Shown one piece after another: positions 44,470-56,237 of a stretch of 64,000 nucleotides of DNA (position 1 is its first letter; every line of letters starts with the position of its first letter). The stretch is taken from the NCBI GenBank assembly GCA_013416795.1, contig RQSC01000026.1, positions 205,335 through 269,334 of the forward strand. The letters run 5' to 3'. This stretch comes from Prasinococcaceae sp. CCMP 1430 (lineage: Eukaryota > Plantae > Prasinodermophyta). The position numbers and the translations under genes are program-made. The notes under the pieces were generated by a model, which worked only from the letters and a program-made list of their open reading frames with translations, was not told the DNA's origin and ran no database searches.

Positions 44470-45174
44470 TCAGCTGGCCTCGGCACCGCCGCCGCTTGCG
44501 CTCTCCTGCTCGATCTCGTGCTGCACCAACACCAACAGCACGAGGCGCATGGACGCCTGCATGGTGCCCATGGCGGAGCCGGGCGGCACGCTGCCCGCGA
44601 ACTGCTGCTCGAGCAGCTGCCGCCTCGCGTCGTACCCTTGCGCGCGCGACATCTGCACAACCCCGTGCACGAACCGCGTGAGGTCGGGGCTGCCCACCTC
44701 GAGCGCCGCCTCCACCGGGTCGGGCGGCGCTTCGCCGTCGGCCCCGGCATCGCCGTCCTCCTGCGCGCGCTTCGCCTCCGCCATGGCCTCCACGAGCCGC
44801 ATGGTGATGTACACCGTCTCGATCCACTTGAAGAGCAACTCGAGCTCCATGTCGCGCTTCTTCGCGACCTCGACGGGCAGGCTCGCGCGCGACGCCATGG
44901 CCTGCTCGATGGTGGCGAGCTCAAGCTGGAGTTCGGCGAGCGAGATGTCGAGCCTGTACGCCTCGGCGCACGCGTTCACGATGGACTCGACGGCGTCGCG
45001 CTGCCCCGTCCCCGCGAGCCCCTCAACCCTCGCGACCATGAAAGCCCTCTGAATCTCCGCCGACAGCCTCGCCGCGTCTGACGGCGGCGGCGCGCTCGCC
45101 GCCGCCGCGCGCTCCGCCGCGCGGCGCTCAGCGCTGCGCACCGCCTCCCTCGCGCGTGCCTCCTCGGCGGCCGC
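44470..45174 (-). CDS. Hypothetical helical protein (5' lost at N 45175)
   Basis: High-GC3 ORF convergent on ArgRS. Confidence 0.65.
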   Translation of the reverse strand, partial: AAAEEARAREAVRSAERRAAERAAAASAPPPSDAARLSAEIQRAFMVARVEGLAGTGQRDAVESIVNACAEAYRLDISLAELQLELATIEQAMASRASLPVEVAKKRDMELELLFKWIETVYITMRLVEAMAEAKRAQEDGDAGADGEAPPDPVEAALEVGSPDLTRFVHGVVQMSRAQGYDARRQLLEQQFAGSVPPGSAMGTMQASMRLVLLVLVQHEIEQESASGGGAEAS

Positions 45175-45294
45175 NCGCGGGGCGTAGGGTGGGGTGCGGG
45201 GCGCGAGCGCCGCGCGCCGTGTGGCGCACGACCGCGAGCGCTCGCGCCCCCGAACGCAGGCCAAAACGCATGCGCGCGCGCACGCGCCAACGAA

Positions 45295-45550
45295 CTCTCC
45301 CGTGGTTCATTTAAACCTCACAATGTTTGTTCATCTACTGTACCACCCGCGCACCCGGGGTGTTCGCGCTCCCCTCCGGGAGAGCGAATGTTTAGGGTAC
45401 AACCGTAACATTTTTGACATTAGGGTTTACATCACAGCACCAGTTACTGTACGTTCGAATCGCCGGTGCAACAAATCCTGTCGAGGAGGGGACGCGCTTC
45501 GCGCCCCCCCCCGCTCGGGGAACGCCGCGCCATCAAAACGCATTGGATTC
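45295..45550. promoter_or_regulatory. AT-rich divergent promoter island with telo-box motifs (45391-45397, 45420-45428)
   Basis: TTTAGGG and TTAGGGTTT in an AT island. Confidence 0.6.
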
Positions 45551-46073
45551 GCGCGCGCGCGCGCGCGCGCGCGCGCCGCGGCCGGGCCGCGCCTCCGTCC
45601 AGCCGGCTGGCTGCCCCCCAGGGGCGGCCGGCGGGGGTTGGGCCCGGGGGTGGGAGGCCGGGGGGACACCACGCCCGCCGCGGCCTCGCGGCAGGTAAGC
45701 GAGGCGCGCGCACTGGCTGCAACGGCTCGCCGCGCGCGCGCAGCGTCGGTTGTGTGCGGTTGGTTGGGGATACCGGGCGCTCGTCGGTGGCGCGCCCGCC
45801 GGCGGCGCGCACTGTTCCACGACAGGCGGGTGGGTGCCCGCCAGCAGTGCGCCCGCGCGCGTGGGGTGGGGTGTGCATGTGGGGAAGGGGAGTTGGGGTT
45901 TAGCCGCGGCGACGCATCTGCGATCCTTCCCACCCTCGACCCTTACCTGCCTGCCTCACCCCAACCACCCGTACCCTGCTGGCTAACCCCGGAGCGGCGC
46001 CGCGCTGCCCGCTCGCGCAGGCCCACCCAGGCGCAGCGCACCCCTTGCCGCCGCGGGCGCGGCCTCCGCGGCG

Positions 46074-49000
46074 ATGGCGTTCGGGGACGGCGGCGAGCAC
46101 TTCGTCGCCGTCGCGGGCAGCAGCGGCAGTGGGCCGCTCGGCGCGCGCGGCCCAGTTCGCGCGGCCGTGTACACCGCCAACCCGTCTGATGCCGAGTACA
46201 CCTTCGCGCTTGTCGCATGCCCCGCGGTTGAGGGCGCGCTCCAGAACATCTACAACACGTTCACGCGTCTCGATCTCAACGTGCTCAACTCGTGGTTCGA
46301 CGTCCACGCCGAGGATCCTGGACGCGGGCGCGCGGGCGCCGGCGGTCGGGTGGACGACGTGTGCGTGTGCGCCTTCCAGGCGGTGAACGGCGCGCTCGGT
46401 CAGCAGCACCCCAGCGAGAAGCTCGGGCGACTCGGACGGGCCATAGCTGAGAGCGTCGCGTCGGGCGAGGGCGCGGAAGCAATGCCGGGCAACGCGTGCG
46501 ACCCATTCGCGCGTCAAGCTGACGGGAAGCCGGAGTCCGATCTGAGTGCCGATAGGCTCAGGGAGGTGCTTGATGCGCGAATGACGCTGCGAGCGCGCCT
46601 CGCGGCACCACTGGTGCGCCTGTGCCAGGCCGAAGCTCTGGGCGGCGGAAGCACGGTGGAGAGCATGGTGAGAGTGGCGAGGAAGCGCGCGTCCCAGGCG
46701 TCAGCGCTCGACGATCCGCACTGCGGAGCCGACGTGGCACCGCCGCGATCGCAGCGTGGGACGGCATCAGCCGAGGCAGTAGTGTCTGTCGCTGGCAACG
46801 TGAACGTGTGGAATGGACCATCGCAGATCTCCAGTGTTGCGCCATTTTCGCGCTCCCCCGTCAGGTCGTGCGAGGCAGAGCGTGGCGCCGTTGGAGGCGG
46901 GAAGGCGAGAGAGGAGTGCGCCTCAGAAGCCGGAGGTGGTGCCTCATCGCAGCAACCTGCCCTGACCATCGTGCACTTCAAGACGATCAACCGTGCCAGC
47001 CTCATGCTCGATGTGTGCAAGGCGCTTTCGTCGCAGTGTGTCGAAGTGCTGCGCGCGCTCGCAACCACGCGAGAGAACATGGCGCTTGACACTTTCGAAG
47101 TGTGCGACGGCCGCACGCGCGAGCCTCTGAGCTTCGAAGCTCGAGAAGCTCTGGCGGACACGCTGGACAGTGCGCTGTGCGGGCGCAGCGTCCCAAGTGG
47201 TGGCGACCTCGGAAATGCTGCCGCTGCCGGGCACAGTACAGATACGGGCTTGGCACGCAGCCGCTCACACCAGAGAGTGCAGCTGCTCGGAAGGATGCTT
47301 TCATCGCCATTGGACCATGCCATCTCGAACGCACTCGAAGCGGCGTACCTCGCTGAGGGGGCGGGGGAGCTCTCGCATGCAGATGAGCGTGCCCGGCGCG
47401 GGACTAGCGTCACATCTTCGCATTCCAACAGGTCGCACGCACTCAGCACGAGCATGCGAAAGGATGGAAGCACCACAGACTCGCCCGCTCTCAGCAGATC
47501 GAGCTCGCGAAAGGGCCGGATCTCTGCTGATTCCATCTCGGACGCTGGCATCGAGCAATTGCTCAGGTGCGCACGTGTGCGCGCGCACGTGTGCGCGCGC
47601 CTCCTGCAGGCGGCTCTGCCGAGTCCGTGTGTGCGCGCGCGCCTGCGCATGTCGCTGACTTCATTGATGCATGCTTGCGAATTCCCAACCAGTCAAAATG
47701 GCACCTCGGCCGTTACAGCCCCGCGTGCGCGCTACCGCCGATCTAGCTTTGATCGCGTGCCATCATCCCAGTCTCCCGCAAGCGATTCCGGAACCGGTAC
47801 TCCACGAGACGCCGACAGCGTTTCCGTGGAGGGCGCAGGCACTGGCGTGGCGCGCGTGTCAATGATGCCTCGCCAGGGTGTGAAGCGTCGCCCGAGCCTA
47901 GCCCCCACCAATGCGCAAAGGAGAGAGGCAGGTGTGCGGACCCAGAAGCACGTCGCCGCAGATGCTGGCACGGGCCAGGTCCCGCCTGAGGCCGAAACCT
48001 CGCCCCCTCCAGCGCACGTGCAACGTCTGCTCGCTGAGAGTGCGACACTCTTGCTGTCAACGCTCGGGGTGGTGCCGGCGTCTGACAAGAGCAGTTCAGC
48101 GGACGCGCTCAAACTCTCGCTCGCGCGGCGCATGAGCATGCGCTGTTACGAGGCGGACGAGCCTATCCTGCAACGCGGAGATGCTGTGTCTGAGTGGACG
48201 GTGGTGGTGAAGGGCGAGGTGAGCATGCTACTTGGGTCATCTACGCTCACACCCGTCGTCCTCGGCCCGGGCGATTCCTTCGGCGAGCTCGCCCTTCTTC
48301 ACGACCACGTATCCAACTCGCCCATCCTCTCGTTGGGCTCAAACCCAAAGCCAATGTCGCGCGGGGTGAGCAGGAATGATGCATCCAATGGTGCAGCCCC
48401 CGGCGGGCAAGACTCGCCGCAAGGAGACGCGGTGGGCGACGGTAGTCCTGCTAATGTCACCGATGGTCCAGCTGCTATGGCTGCACCCTCGGCGCTGGGC
48501 TCGGGTGCTGCTGAGGTTGTTTTGGCGGCGGGCAAGGAGCAGGGACCTGGCCCTGTGATTGCGTACGCTCTAGCACAAAGCGACTACCAGGAAGCACTGG
48601 CGGCATACTACGTTGCGCTTGATGGCGAAATGCGGGATGCGCTGTTGCGCGTGGCCGGTCAGGCGTCCTCCCTACAGACTCGCTCGAGCAAGCTCCAACG
48701 TAGCGCTTTGACCGACAAGGGCAAAGGTGCGCTCAACGCCTTGGCAGCAGCGTTGCTCGGCGAGCGCATGGTCACAGTTGAGGGCGGTGAGATCGCTTCT
48801 CAGTGTCGTCCAGAGCTGGTGTACGTTGTCGTGCGCGGGGCGTTGCTCTCTTACAGGCTGTCGGCTGCAGGCCTCAGCGGCAGCAAAGATGCCCCGAGGA
48901 TTCTGATGAGGAGATGCTCGGTAGGGTCAATGGTCTGCACTTCACCGCTCGGCGTGAAGAGACTCCTCAGCATGGGCGAGCTCGGCGATGGTGCGGCCAC

Positions 49001-50597
49001 CGACACGCACGACCTTGAATTTGAGGCTGTCCCCGAGGGATGTCGTCTCGTTCCTCTGCGCGCCTGTATCGTCAGCGAAGCGTTGGGTGATGGAGCGCCA
49101 TTTGGTGCGTGGCGCAAGGCCCTCGAGGCGCATTTGAAGGAGTTGCAAGGAGTCACCACGGCAATGCCTGGTCTTGCCGCCGCATCAAGCGGCGACACGC
49201 CTCGCGGCGTCGGTAATGGAAGCCACACAGCAAGTGCTGGCCACAGTCCCTCCGATCTGGAGTCTTTGAAGGGGAGTGTTGATTTCCCGGAGTCGCCATT
49301 TGGCTCGTCGAGTGACAGCACCCCGCGCTCATCGTGGATCGCAAAGCTCCTGCCGGCGTGCTGTGGCCCTCCAACGCCTCCTGGTGACGACGGCGGGGCT
49401 GGCCCTGCTCGGGTTGGCGGCGGGAGTCGATCGGCACTGTATAGTGTGAGAGGGCCGGGTGATGGCGCTGGTTCAACAGTGTCTGCTCTCCTTAGGAATA
49501 ATTGGAGCCGCCCTGTGTCGTGGCTGCGCGGAAAGTACGCCCGCCCGCTCGCTCTGGACGCCTTTAACATCGGGGGATGCATCGGCAAGGGGATGACTGG
49601 GCGCGTGTACCTGGCCACCCACCGCCCGACAGGCAAACAGTGTGCGCTGAAGGTGGTCGTGAAGGCGCGCATGCTGCAGATGGACGAGGTGGACCACATA
49701 TTGGCGGAGGGCGACCTGCTCGCGCGCCTACGCTCGCGCTTCGTGGTCCCGCTGCTGGGTGCCTTCCAGGATGAGCACGCGCTCTACATGGCGTTTGAGT
49801 ATGCCCCGGGTGGCGACATGTGGCACCATGTCTACCGCCGGATGAAAGCTGGGCGTGGCCCGCTCTCCAAAGACGAGGCGCGGTACTACCTCGCACAGAC
49901 AGTGCTCGCACTCGAGTCTGTGCACGAAGCTGGGGCGGTGTACCGCGATGTCAAGCCTGAGAACTTGCTACTTACCGCGGACGGCAACTTGCTTCTGGCA
50001 GACATGGGCTTTGCTAAGGTCCTTGGACCCGGCGAGCGCACGACCACGATCTGCGGCACGCCCGATTACCTGCCCCCAGAGATCATCAGTAGCCGTGGCT
50101 GCACGCGCGCGTGCGACCTCTGGAGTCTGGGTGTGCTGGTTTACGAGATGCTCTGTGGTAGGGCCCCCTTCAAGAGCCCCACCACGCTGCAGACGTACAC
50201 GAAGATTGCCGAGGTCGGAAAGGCGGGCTTCTTCCAGCCCGCTCGCTGGCCTTCTGCTATTGGCGCGACTGCACGCGACCTTATCACCAGACTGTTGCGC
50301 GCCAACGAAAACACTCGACTGGGGATGGGCGCAAGGGGGTTCGCGGACGTGAAGGCACACCCATTCTTTGCGGCCATAAAGTGGCGCGAGCTCGAAGCAG
50401 GCGATCTCGTGGCGCCGCTGAGGCCCGACGACGCGCACCGCGCCGCGACCAGCGGTGCGAAGAAGCCTCCTGGCGGCCATGGCGGCGCGTATGCGTGGCA
50501 GACGGAGGTCAACAGGCTGAGGCCTGGTAGCCCCGAGGACCTCATGTTCGCCGGCTTCCCGTCGGTCAACCGCTTCCACGAGGTTGCGCGCTCGTGA
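46074..50597 (+). CDS. AGC (PKA/PKG-like) kinase with N-terminal ACT and cNMP-binding-like domains (in-frame intron 47567-47692; 5' UTR intron ~45695-46020)
   Basis: ACT-like NRASLMLDVCKAL..ALDTFEV; cNMP-like GDSFGELALL; kinase YRDVKPEN, DMGFAK, TICGTPDYLPPE. Confidence 0.88.
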   Translation: MAFGDGGEHFVAVAGSSGSGPLGARGPVRAAVYTANPSDAEYTFALVACPAVEGALQNIYNTFTRLDLNVLNSWFDVHAEDPGRGRAGAGGRVDDVCVCAFQAVNGALGQQHPSEKLGRLGRAIAESVASGEGAEAMPGNACDPFARQADGKPESDLSADRLREVLDARMTLRARLAAPLVRLCQAEALGGGSTVESMVRVARKRASQASALDDPHCGADVAPPRSQRGTASAEAVVSVAGNVNVWNGPSQISSVAPFSRSPVRSCEAERGAVGGGKAREECASEAGGGASSQQPALTIVHFKTINRASLMLDVCKALSSQCVEVLRALATTRENMALDTFEVCDGRTREPLSFEAREALADTLDSALCGRSVPSGGDLGNAAAAGHSTDTGLARSRSHQRVQLLGRMLSSPLDHAISNALEAAYLAEGAGELSHADERARRGTSVTSSHSNRSHALSTSMRKDGSTTDSPALSRSSSRKGRISADSISDAGIEQLLRCARVRAHVCARLLQAALPSPCVRARLRMSLTSLMHACEFPTSQNGTSAVTAPRARYRRSSFDRVPSSQSPASDSGTGTPRDADSVSVEGAGTGVARVSMMPRQGVKRRPSLAPTNAQRREAGVRTQKHVAADAGTGQVPPEAETSPPPAHVQRLLAESATLLLSTLGVVPASDKSSSADALKLSLARRMSMRCYEADEPILQRGDAVSEWTVVVKGEVSMLLGSSTLTPVVLGPGDSFGELALLHDHVSNSPILSLGSNPKPMSRGVSRNDASNGAAPGGQDSPQGDAVGDGSPANVTDGPAAMAAPSALGSGAAEVVLAAGKEQGPGPVIAYALAQSDYQEALAAYYVALDGEMRDALLRVAGQASSLQTRSSKLQRSALTDKGKGALNALAAALLGERMVTVEGGEIASQCRPELVYVVVRGALLSYRLSAAGLSGSKDAPRILMRRCSVGSMVCTSPLGVKRLLSMGELGDGAATDTHDLEFEAVPEGCRLVPLRACIVSEALGDGAPFGAWRKALEAHLKELQGVTTAMPGLAAASSGDTPRGVGNGSHTASAGHSPSDLESLKGSVDFPESPFGSSSDSTPRSSWIAKLLPACCGPPTPPGDDGGAGPARVGGGSRSALYSVRGPGDGAGSTVSALLRNNWSRPVSWLRGKYARPLALDAFNIGGCIGKGMTGRVYLATHRPTGKQCALKVVVKARMLQMDEVDHILAEGDLLARLRSRFVVPLLGAFQDEHALYMAFEYAPGGDMWHHVYRRMKAGRGPLSKDEARYYLAQTVLALESVHEAGAVYRDVKPENLLLTADGNLLLADMGFAKVLGPGERTTTICGTPDYLPPEIISSRGCTRACDLWSLGVLVYEMLCGRAPFKSPTTLQTYTKIAEVGKAGFFQPARWPSAIGATARDLITRLLRANENTRLGMGARGFADVKAHPFFAAIKWRELEAGDLVAPLRPDDAHRAATSGAKKPPGGHGGAYAWQTEVNRLRPGSPEDLMFAGFPSVNRFHEVARS

Positions 50598-50924
50598 CCA
50601 GCTCTCACGGGGTGGAGCGCAGGCTGCGCGTCTCGTGATGTAAACGTGTCCCAACACATTCAGTCACATTGTCAGTGTGCACAGCGAGTGCGAGTACTAC
50701 GGCCCAGCCCTGAACACGCGCGCGCAGACACAGTGCCTGCGCCCCTGTAGCATCCGAGCGCCCGAGCCCACGCCCCGCGTGCCGCCGCGCAGCGCAGTGC
50801 CACGAGCTCGCGGCGCGCCACGAACGCATGCGCCGCGCGCGGCACTCCGCGCCCGCACCGCGGCCACCGCCGCATGCGCGGCGGGCCGGCCGAGCCGGGG
50901 GCGTGAGGGCAGGAGAAGGGAGAT

Positions 50925-51723
50925 ATGCCACGCGCGGGGAGCGCTCTCATCGCTGCGCTGGTGGCGGGCGCCGGCGCGTCCACCTTCGATGCCCCCGCTC
51001 CGCCCGTGCTCGACAGGGTGTTCACGGTGCGTGCGGGGCACGAGCGCGTGCGCCTCTCCGACGCTTCCGCCCACACACGCTAACGCGCGGTGCGCGCAGG
51101 CGCCCTTCACCGAGTCCTTCGCGGCCAACGGCAGCGCTTACGCCGTGACGAACAAGGGAGCGTGGGTTGTGAAGGGCGACGTCGGCACGTACGTCCACGG
51201 CGCGGGGCAGAGCAACAACTTCTGCGCGTGCGCCAGCGCCGCCGGTGCCACCACAGACGACGGCCCGAGCAGCCGAAGTGGTGGGGTGGAGTCGCCCGAA
51301 TGTCGTCTGGTGTTCGCGTCCGACGGCTGGATGCGTGTGTTCTTCCCGGGCGCGGCGCCGCCGGGGGCGCAGCAGTGCTGTCAGCTGTGCTCGGCCGAAG
51401 AGGGCTGTGGGCTCCTCCTGCCCGACTGGCTGGCACGCGCGAATGCAACCTACGCCGGCCCTGAGGCCGTCGAAGGCCGGGAGTGCGATGCCTGGCGAGC
51501 GGAAGGCGCCGTCGCCACGGACGAGTGGCTCGTGGAGCGGCAAGATGCACGGCGCCCGTGCGCATACAGGGAGCACTTCTCGTTCCCGTCGGGCACCTAC
51601 GACCACCAGCTGGCTTTTGATGCAGAGGGCTATCGGCCAGGAGTCGTCGACGAGAAGCTGCTCGACTACCCAGCGAATTGCAACAAGCGCTGCCCCAAGG
51701 TCTTTGGGCAAACGTGCGGCTGA
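50925..51723 (+). CDS. Secreted Cys-rich protein, ependymin-related/LolA-fold-like (intron 51027-51099)
   Basis: Signal peptide MPRAGSALIAALVAGAGA; P.PP; CC..C...GCG.L.PDWL; Y.G...VEG..C..W; terminal P.NC. Confidence 0.6.
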
Positions 51724-51854
51724 TGAGTATTGGACCTCATTCGTGCTGCGTGTCTGTATTTTACTCGAAGTAGGGACGTGAGTGTGTGACACGAGGCGCG
51801 CACGCGCTGAGGGGCCCTGCAGCGGCGATAGGGGTACCACCTCAGACGCAGGGT

Positions 51855-54800
51855 TCACATGCGCGCAAGCTCCGCGCGCCAGTTGCTTTCGTCGGGCAGC
51901 TGCTCCTCCCCTGAAGTTTCTTGCTCGTCGTCGCTCGTCGCGTCCAACTCCAACTCCATCTCCGACTCCGCTGGCACTCCCCTGCCGGAATTCCCCTGGG
52001 GCGTGTCTGTGCGCATGGGCACCACGCGCCTCTTCTTTTGTGCTTGACCACCCGCGCCACTCGTCGAGGCAACGCCAACATGCGGAGAGCGCTTGTCAGC
52101 CCCTGTGCCGCCTGTGTTGAGGTCATGCGCGGCCATGGACGGTCCCGCTTGGTCCTCCCACTCGCGCCTCGCCTTCGCACCAGCCTTGGTCCACCCAGCG
52201 GCGTACTTCTGGACCACCTTCTTGTAGTCCCGCCCGGGTTTGCACACAATGAAATCCTACGAGACGAGCGCGCCAGCATGTGCGCGGAAATGTCAGTGCT
52301 CGCGTTCTGAGATGGCGGGGGGTAACGGGCGGCTCGGCACGCATCGAGGAGCGCGCTCGATCGTACCTTCAGGTCGGAGTAGTCGTCGTGGCGGTCGCCC
52401 TTCTCCTTCGGGTCAGAAGCGAGCGCAGCTTCGACGAAAGCGTTGAAGGTGCCGGATCCCTGCTCTTCTTTTCCCTTCCCCTTCAATTTTCTCTGCGGAC
52501 CGCTTGAATGGCGCGAGAGCCCCGCCATTGCCTCCGCTGCCTCGTAGTCGTCGTCACCGTCGGTACCGACCTTTTCGGTTGCCTCACCGTCAGCGTCGAC
52601 CGCGGCTTGTGCCTTGCTCTTGGGGCTCAATGTCTTCTTGTACCTGTCCTTGGGAGTGGCGACTCCCCCTAGGCTTGCGGCGTACTGCTGCATCAGTGCG
52701 TCCCGAGCCGCGAAGAAATCGTTCAGCTCCTTCGCAACAGCCGCGATGTCGTCAACTGTCGCGGTAAGCGCCTCGCAATCCGAAAGAACGGAGGCTGCGC
52801 TGGCAGATGGTGGCGCTCCGGCGGCAGCTGCGACGAACGACACACGAGCGAAGACGGTGCACGCGCCCAAGCACGCGGCCAGAGCCTCGGTCAGGTTCCT
52901 CGGCAACCGTCGACGCGTGCTCGAGCTTGCGAATCGACGGGACAGGCGCCAGCGCATCCCACACACGATTCCGCTCAACAGCGGCGCCTCGTCATCCAGC
53001 GCAATGCAGAAGTCGCTGACGCGCTTCGGCGTCATGCTGCCGTACGCCGAGGCCTGGAGCATCTGTTCAAACGCGTTCGCACACAACACGTCAGGCAGGA
53101 ACGAGGCCAGCTCGTCCTCGACCGCTGCCTCGACCTCGGCATTTGCAGCAAGAAATAGCGGGTGAAAGGGCTCCTCGGTCGCGCCCACTTTCCGACGCCG
53201 CTTATAACCCGCCGTCGCCGAGAGGGTTCGCGTTGCGGCTTTGATGGCGTCTGCAACCCTGCCTCGACGACGCCCATTGCCGCACGGCACGAGGCCGTCG
53301 ATGGCGATGACTAGTGCCCGGCTGCGGTTGGCGCCAGCCAGGATCGCGCGTAGCATCTGTCGGACCGACGGCGCGTGTGGAAGCTCGTATTCGCGTAGGA
53401 CGCCCTCGACGATCGCAGAACAGCCCCCTAGCGGCGCACCTGCGGCGATCGCCTGCCACATACAGCGCTCCAAGAGTGCGCAGTGCGCCAGCAGCAAGGC
53501 GGGCGGAATGCTCTCGTCGAGGTCTTTAGCGAGCTGCTTGGCGACCACCACGGCTGCCGCCGATGCGCTGTCGCAAGCGGCGGGTGCGCCAGCGCTCGTT
53601 GACAACGCCTCTCGTAGAATCTCGCGGGCGTCCGCTGACTCCAGCGTACTGTCGGGGTAGCCTGTACCAAGCATCGACATCAAGAGGCGCGCGCTCATGA
53701 GTCGCTGATGCTGCCAAGGCGCGAATTCGCTGCCGTCCTCATCACTCGTGGCATCGTCGCTTTCGTCACTCTCATCTCCCTCGTCGCTAGAGGCGTCTTC
53801 ATCCGTAGCCTCGGCACTTGCAATCCACCAAGGCTTGGCAGCCTTGCGCTCCCGTCTGGATCGAACAGCATTGCCGGAGGACTGCAATTCCCTCGTCGAT
53901 GGCGGAGGATCCACGGATTTCGGGGCTTTCACAGGAGTTGGCTCGCCACCACTCCGCAAAGTTTGGTAGGCCTCGGCGAGGGCTTGCGCAAGAGAGGCAC
54001 TCGCTGGATGTCCATCGCTGTCAGGCACATCCTTGTCCGTTGCAGCAGACGCTGAGCGATACACAGCCCCAGCCGCACGTGCGAAGCCTGCGAGCTGGTT
54101 GGCGACGTGGGTGCCACTCCTGTCACCGGAGCCACCGTCTTTGGATTGAAGCCGCCCCGTGAGCGTGGCAGCCCGCATCGACGCACTTCCCAGCGCCACA
54201 CCTGCTGATCGCAGCGCCTCGTGACGGACACGCACGCTCAGGCCACTCGCGGGAGCGGCCTCCATGAGCGCCAACGCCAAATGAGGTGCGAAAAGTACAC
54301 GCTCATTTGCCTGGCAGGCCTCCTCGTGCGGCGCTCGCGCAGCGAGACGCCCGGTTGAGGCGGCAACAGCGGCACAATTGGCGAGCAGGACAGCATCTGC
54401 GGGAAGTCCGCCTTCGTGATGAGTGGCTGCATATCCCTCCGCGGCGGCGCCCATGCTCATAGCGAGAGCCGAGGCGCGCTGCGCGAAGAGATGCCTCCTG
54501 CTATTGCTTCCTGCGCTGGCATGTGACGCCCCCCCAAGCTCGTCCTCGGCGAAGAGTATCGCCCCGATGCTCTCGCTCTTGTCGACAAAGACTAACTTGG
54601 CGCGTTCATCACCGATGGTGGCTGCCATACGGACTACTGGCCCCTCAGGAACCGCGCAATGAACACTCCACTGTGCGAGGCGCTTTTCGAACATCTTCCG
54701 GCCCGCTGTCTCAAGGCGCCGCTTGCTTGAGTTGCTGAGCGCTACGCCGTCTCTCAGCAGCTCGACGAGAGCGTCCGCAGCCGCCAAGGCGGACGCCTCG

Positions 54801-55740
54801 CACTTGCCCTCGAGCGCCGCCTCAAGGTTGTCCAGTGCGCCTTCCATCAAACCTTCGTCATCGGTCAGTGCGCGGACAAGTTCCCCTGCAACTCGCGCGC
54901 GCACCCCAGGCGGGCACGAGCTCTCCTGCGCCACGCTGTGCAGCGCTCGTGGCAGTGCGAGATCGGCTCGCAGCGCCGGCCGCAGCGCGCAGAGCAAGTC
55001 GCTGACGTTGCCCCCTTCCAGCGCCTCGCGCAGCACAGTCTCCGCGCACGCCGCGCATTCCGACCTCGCCGCGGCCGTCCCCTCCAGCAGCCGCGTGAGG
55101 AGCAGCGCATGCGCGGCTCTCCCGGTGAGCGTCGCCACATCCGTTGCTGGCATAGCAGTGCCCTGCAGGGCGAGGCGCAAGGTCTGCCTGGCCAAGCCAG
55201 GGTCGACCTGTGCGAGAGTTTCGAGTGCGTTCAGCGCGACTTGCGCTCGCTGAGGGGCCTCGTCGGCGCTGTGAAGCCACTCCGCGCACACCGACAGAGC
55301 GCACTCGCCAGCAGACGTCGGCGCGCATGCGCCGGCCCTAGCGAGCGACGCTGCCATGTTGCAGCTCCGCGGCTCGTCCGCGCCGTCATCAGAGCAGCCT
55401 CGGACGATGGCCGACAACGTCGCCTCCGCCGAATCCCGAGCGCGCTCCGAGCGCGCGAGCGTGAGCAGCAGCAGGCAGACCGCATCAAAGTAGTGCCGAC
55501 AGCGCCGCTGGCGCTGCATCGGGGCGTGCGCGGCCGCCGCCGCGGCCGCGACGCGCGGCAGCCATGCGCGCAGCGTCCTGGACCGCGCGGCGTCAACCGC
55601 CGCGAGGGCTGCTGCTGCGCCGCTTTCCTCCCACTCGCCTGCCACGGCTTCGACGAACGCCGCGACGGCCTCCACCTCCTGCTCTGTCGCTGCAGCAGCG
55701 CCGGCTTCGCCCCGCCCTCGCTCGCCCGGCCGGCGCCACC
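51855..55740 (-). CDS. Large alpha-helical (HEAT-like) uncharacterised protein (intron 52257-52366; start uncertain)
   Basis: ORF over 1100 aa. Splicing yields DDYSDLK|DFIVCKPGRDY and a basic NLS-like tail. Confidence 0.7.
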
Positions 55741-56237
55741 TTGGATGCCGGGCCCAACCAGCCAGCCAGTGGCGGCGGCGCCGGCCCCGCCGGGGGCGCC
55801 GGCGCCCCCCGTTCTGGGTCCGTTCCTGGGTCCCGCGCGCCGCGCACCCGCTGCGACCGGGCGGGCAAATCAAACCCCGGTCGGATCGAGAGCATGGCAA
55901 CTCCCAAAATCCGCGCGAAATGCATGTCCGGCCGCGAGGCGCGCCGCTTGCGAGCGAGCGCGGCGGCGGCCAAGGTTGGTGCCGGCCATACCGCGCGCGC
56001 TCAGCGCGGCGAGGAGGCGCGCGCGGGTCCGATCCGAACACACACACACACACACTTGGCGTGCGCCCTCGCGCCTCCTGCCGAGCTCGGGACCCGATCG
56101 GCCGGCGCGCCGAGCCGCGTACGGGGCGCTGCGAGGGGCGCACGTCTCGGCGGGCTCGCGGGCTGCCCTAAACTGCGCGGGGCGAGAGGCCGGGCGCAAG
56201 GCCAGAGCGCGCGCACCGCAGCGCAGCGTTGGCGGCC

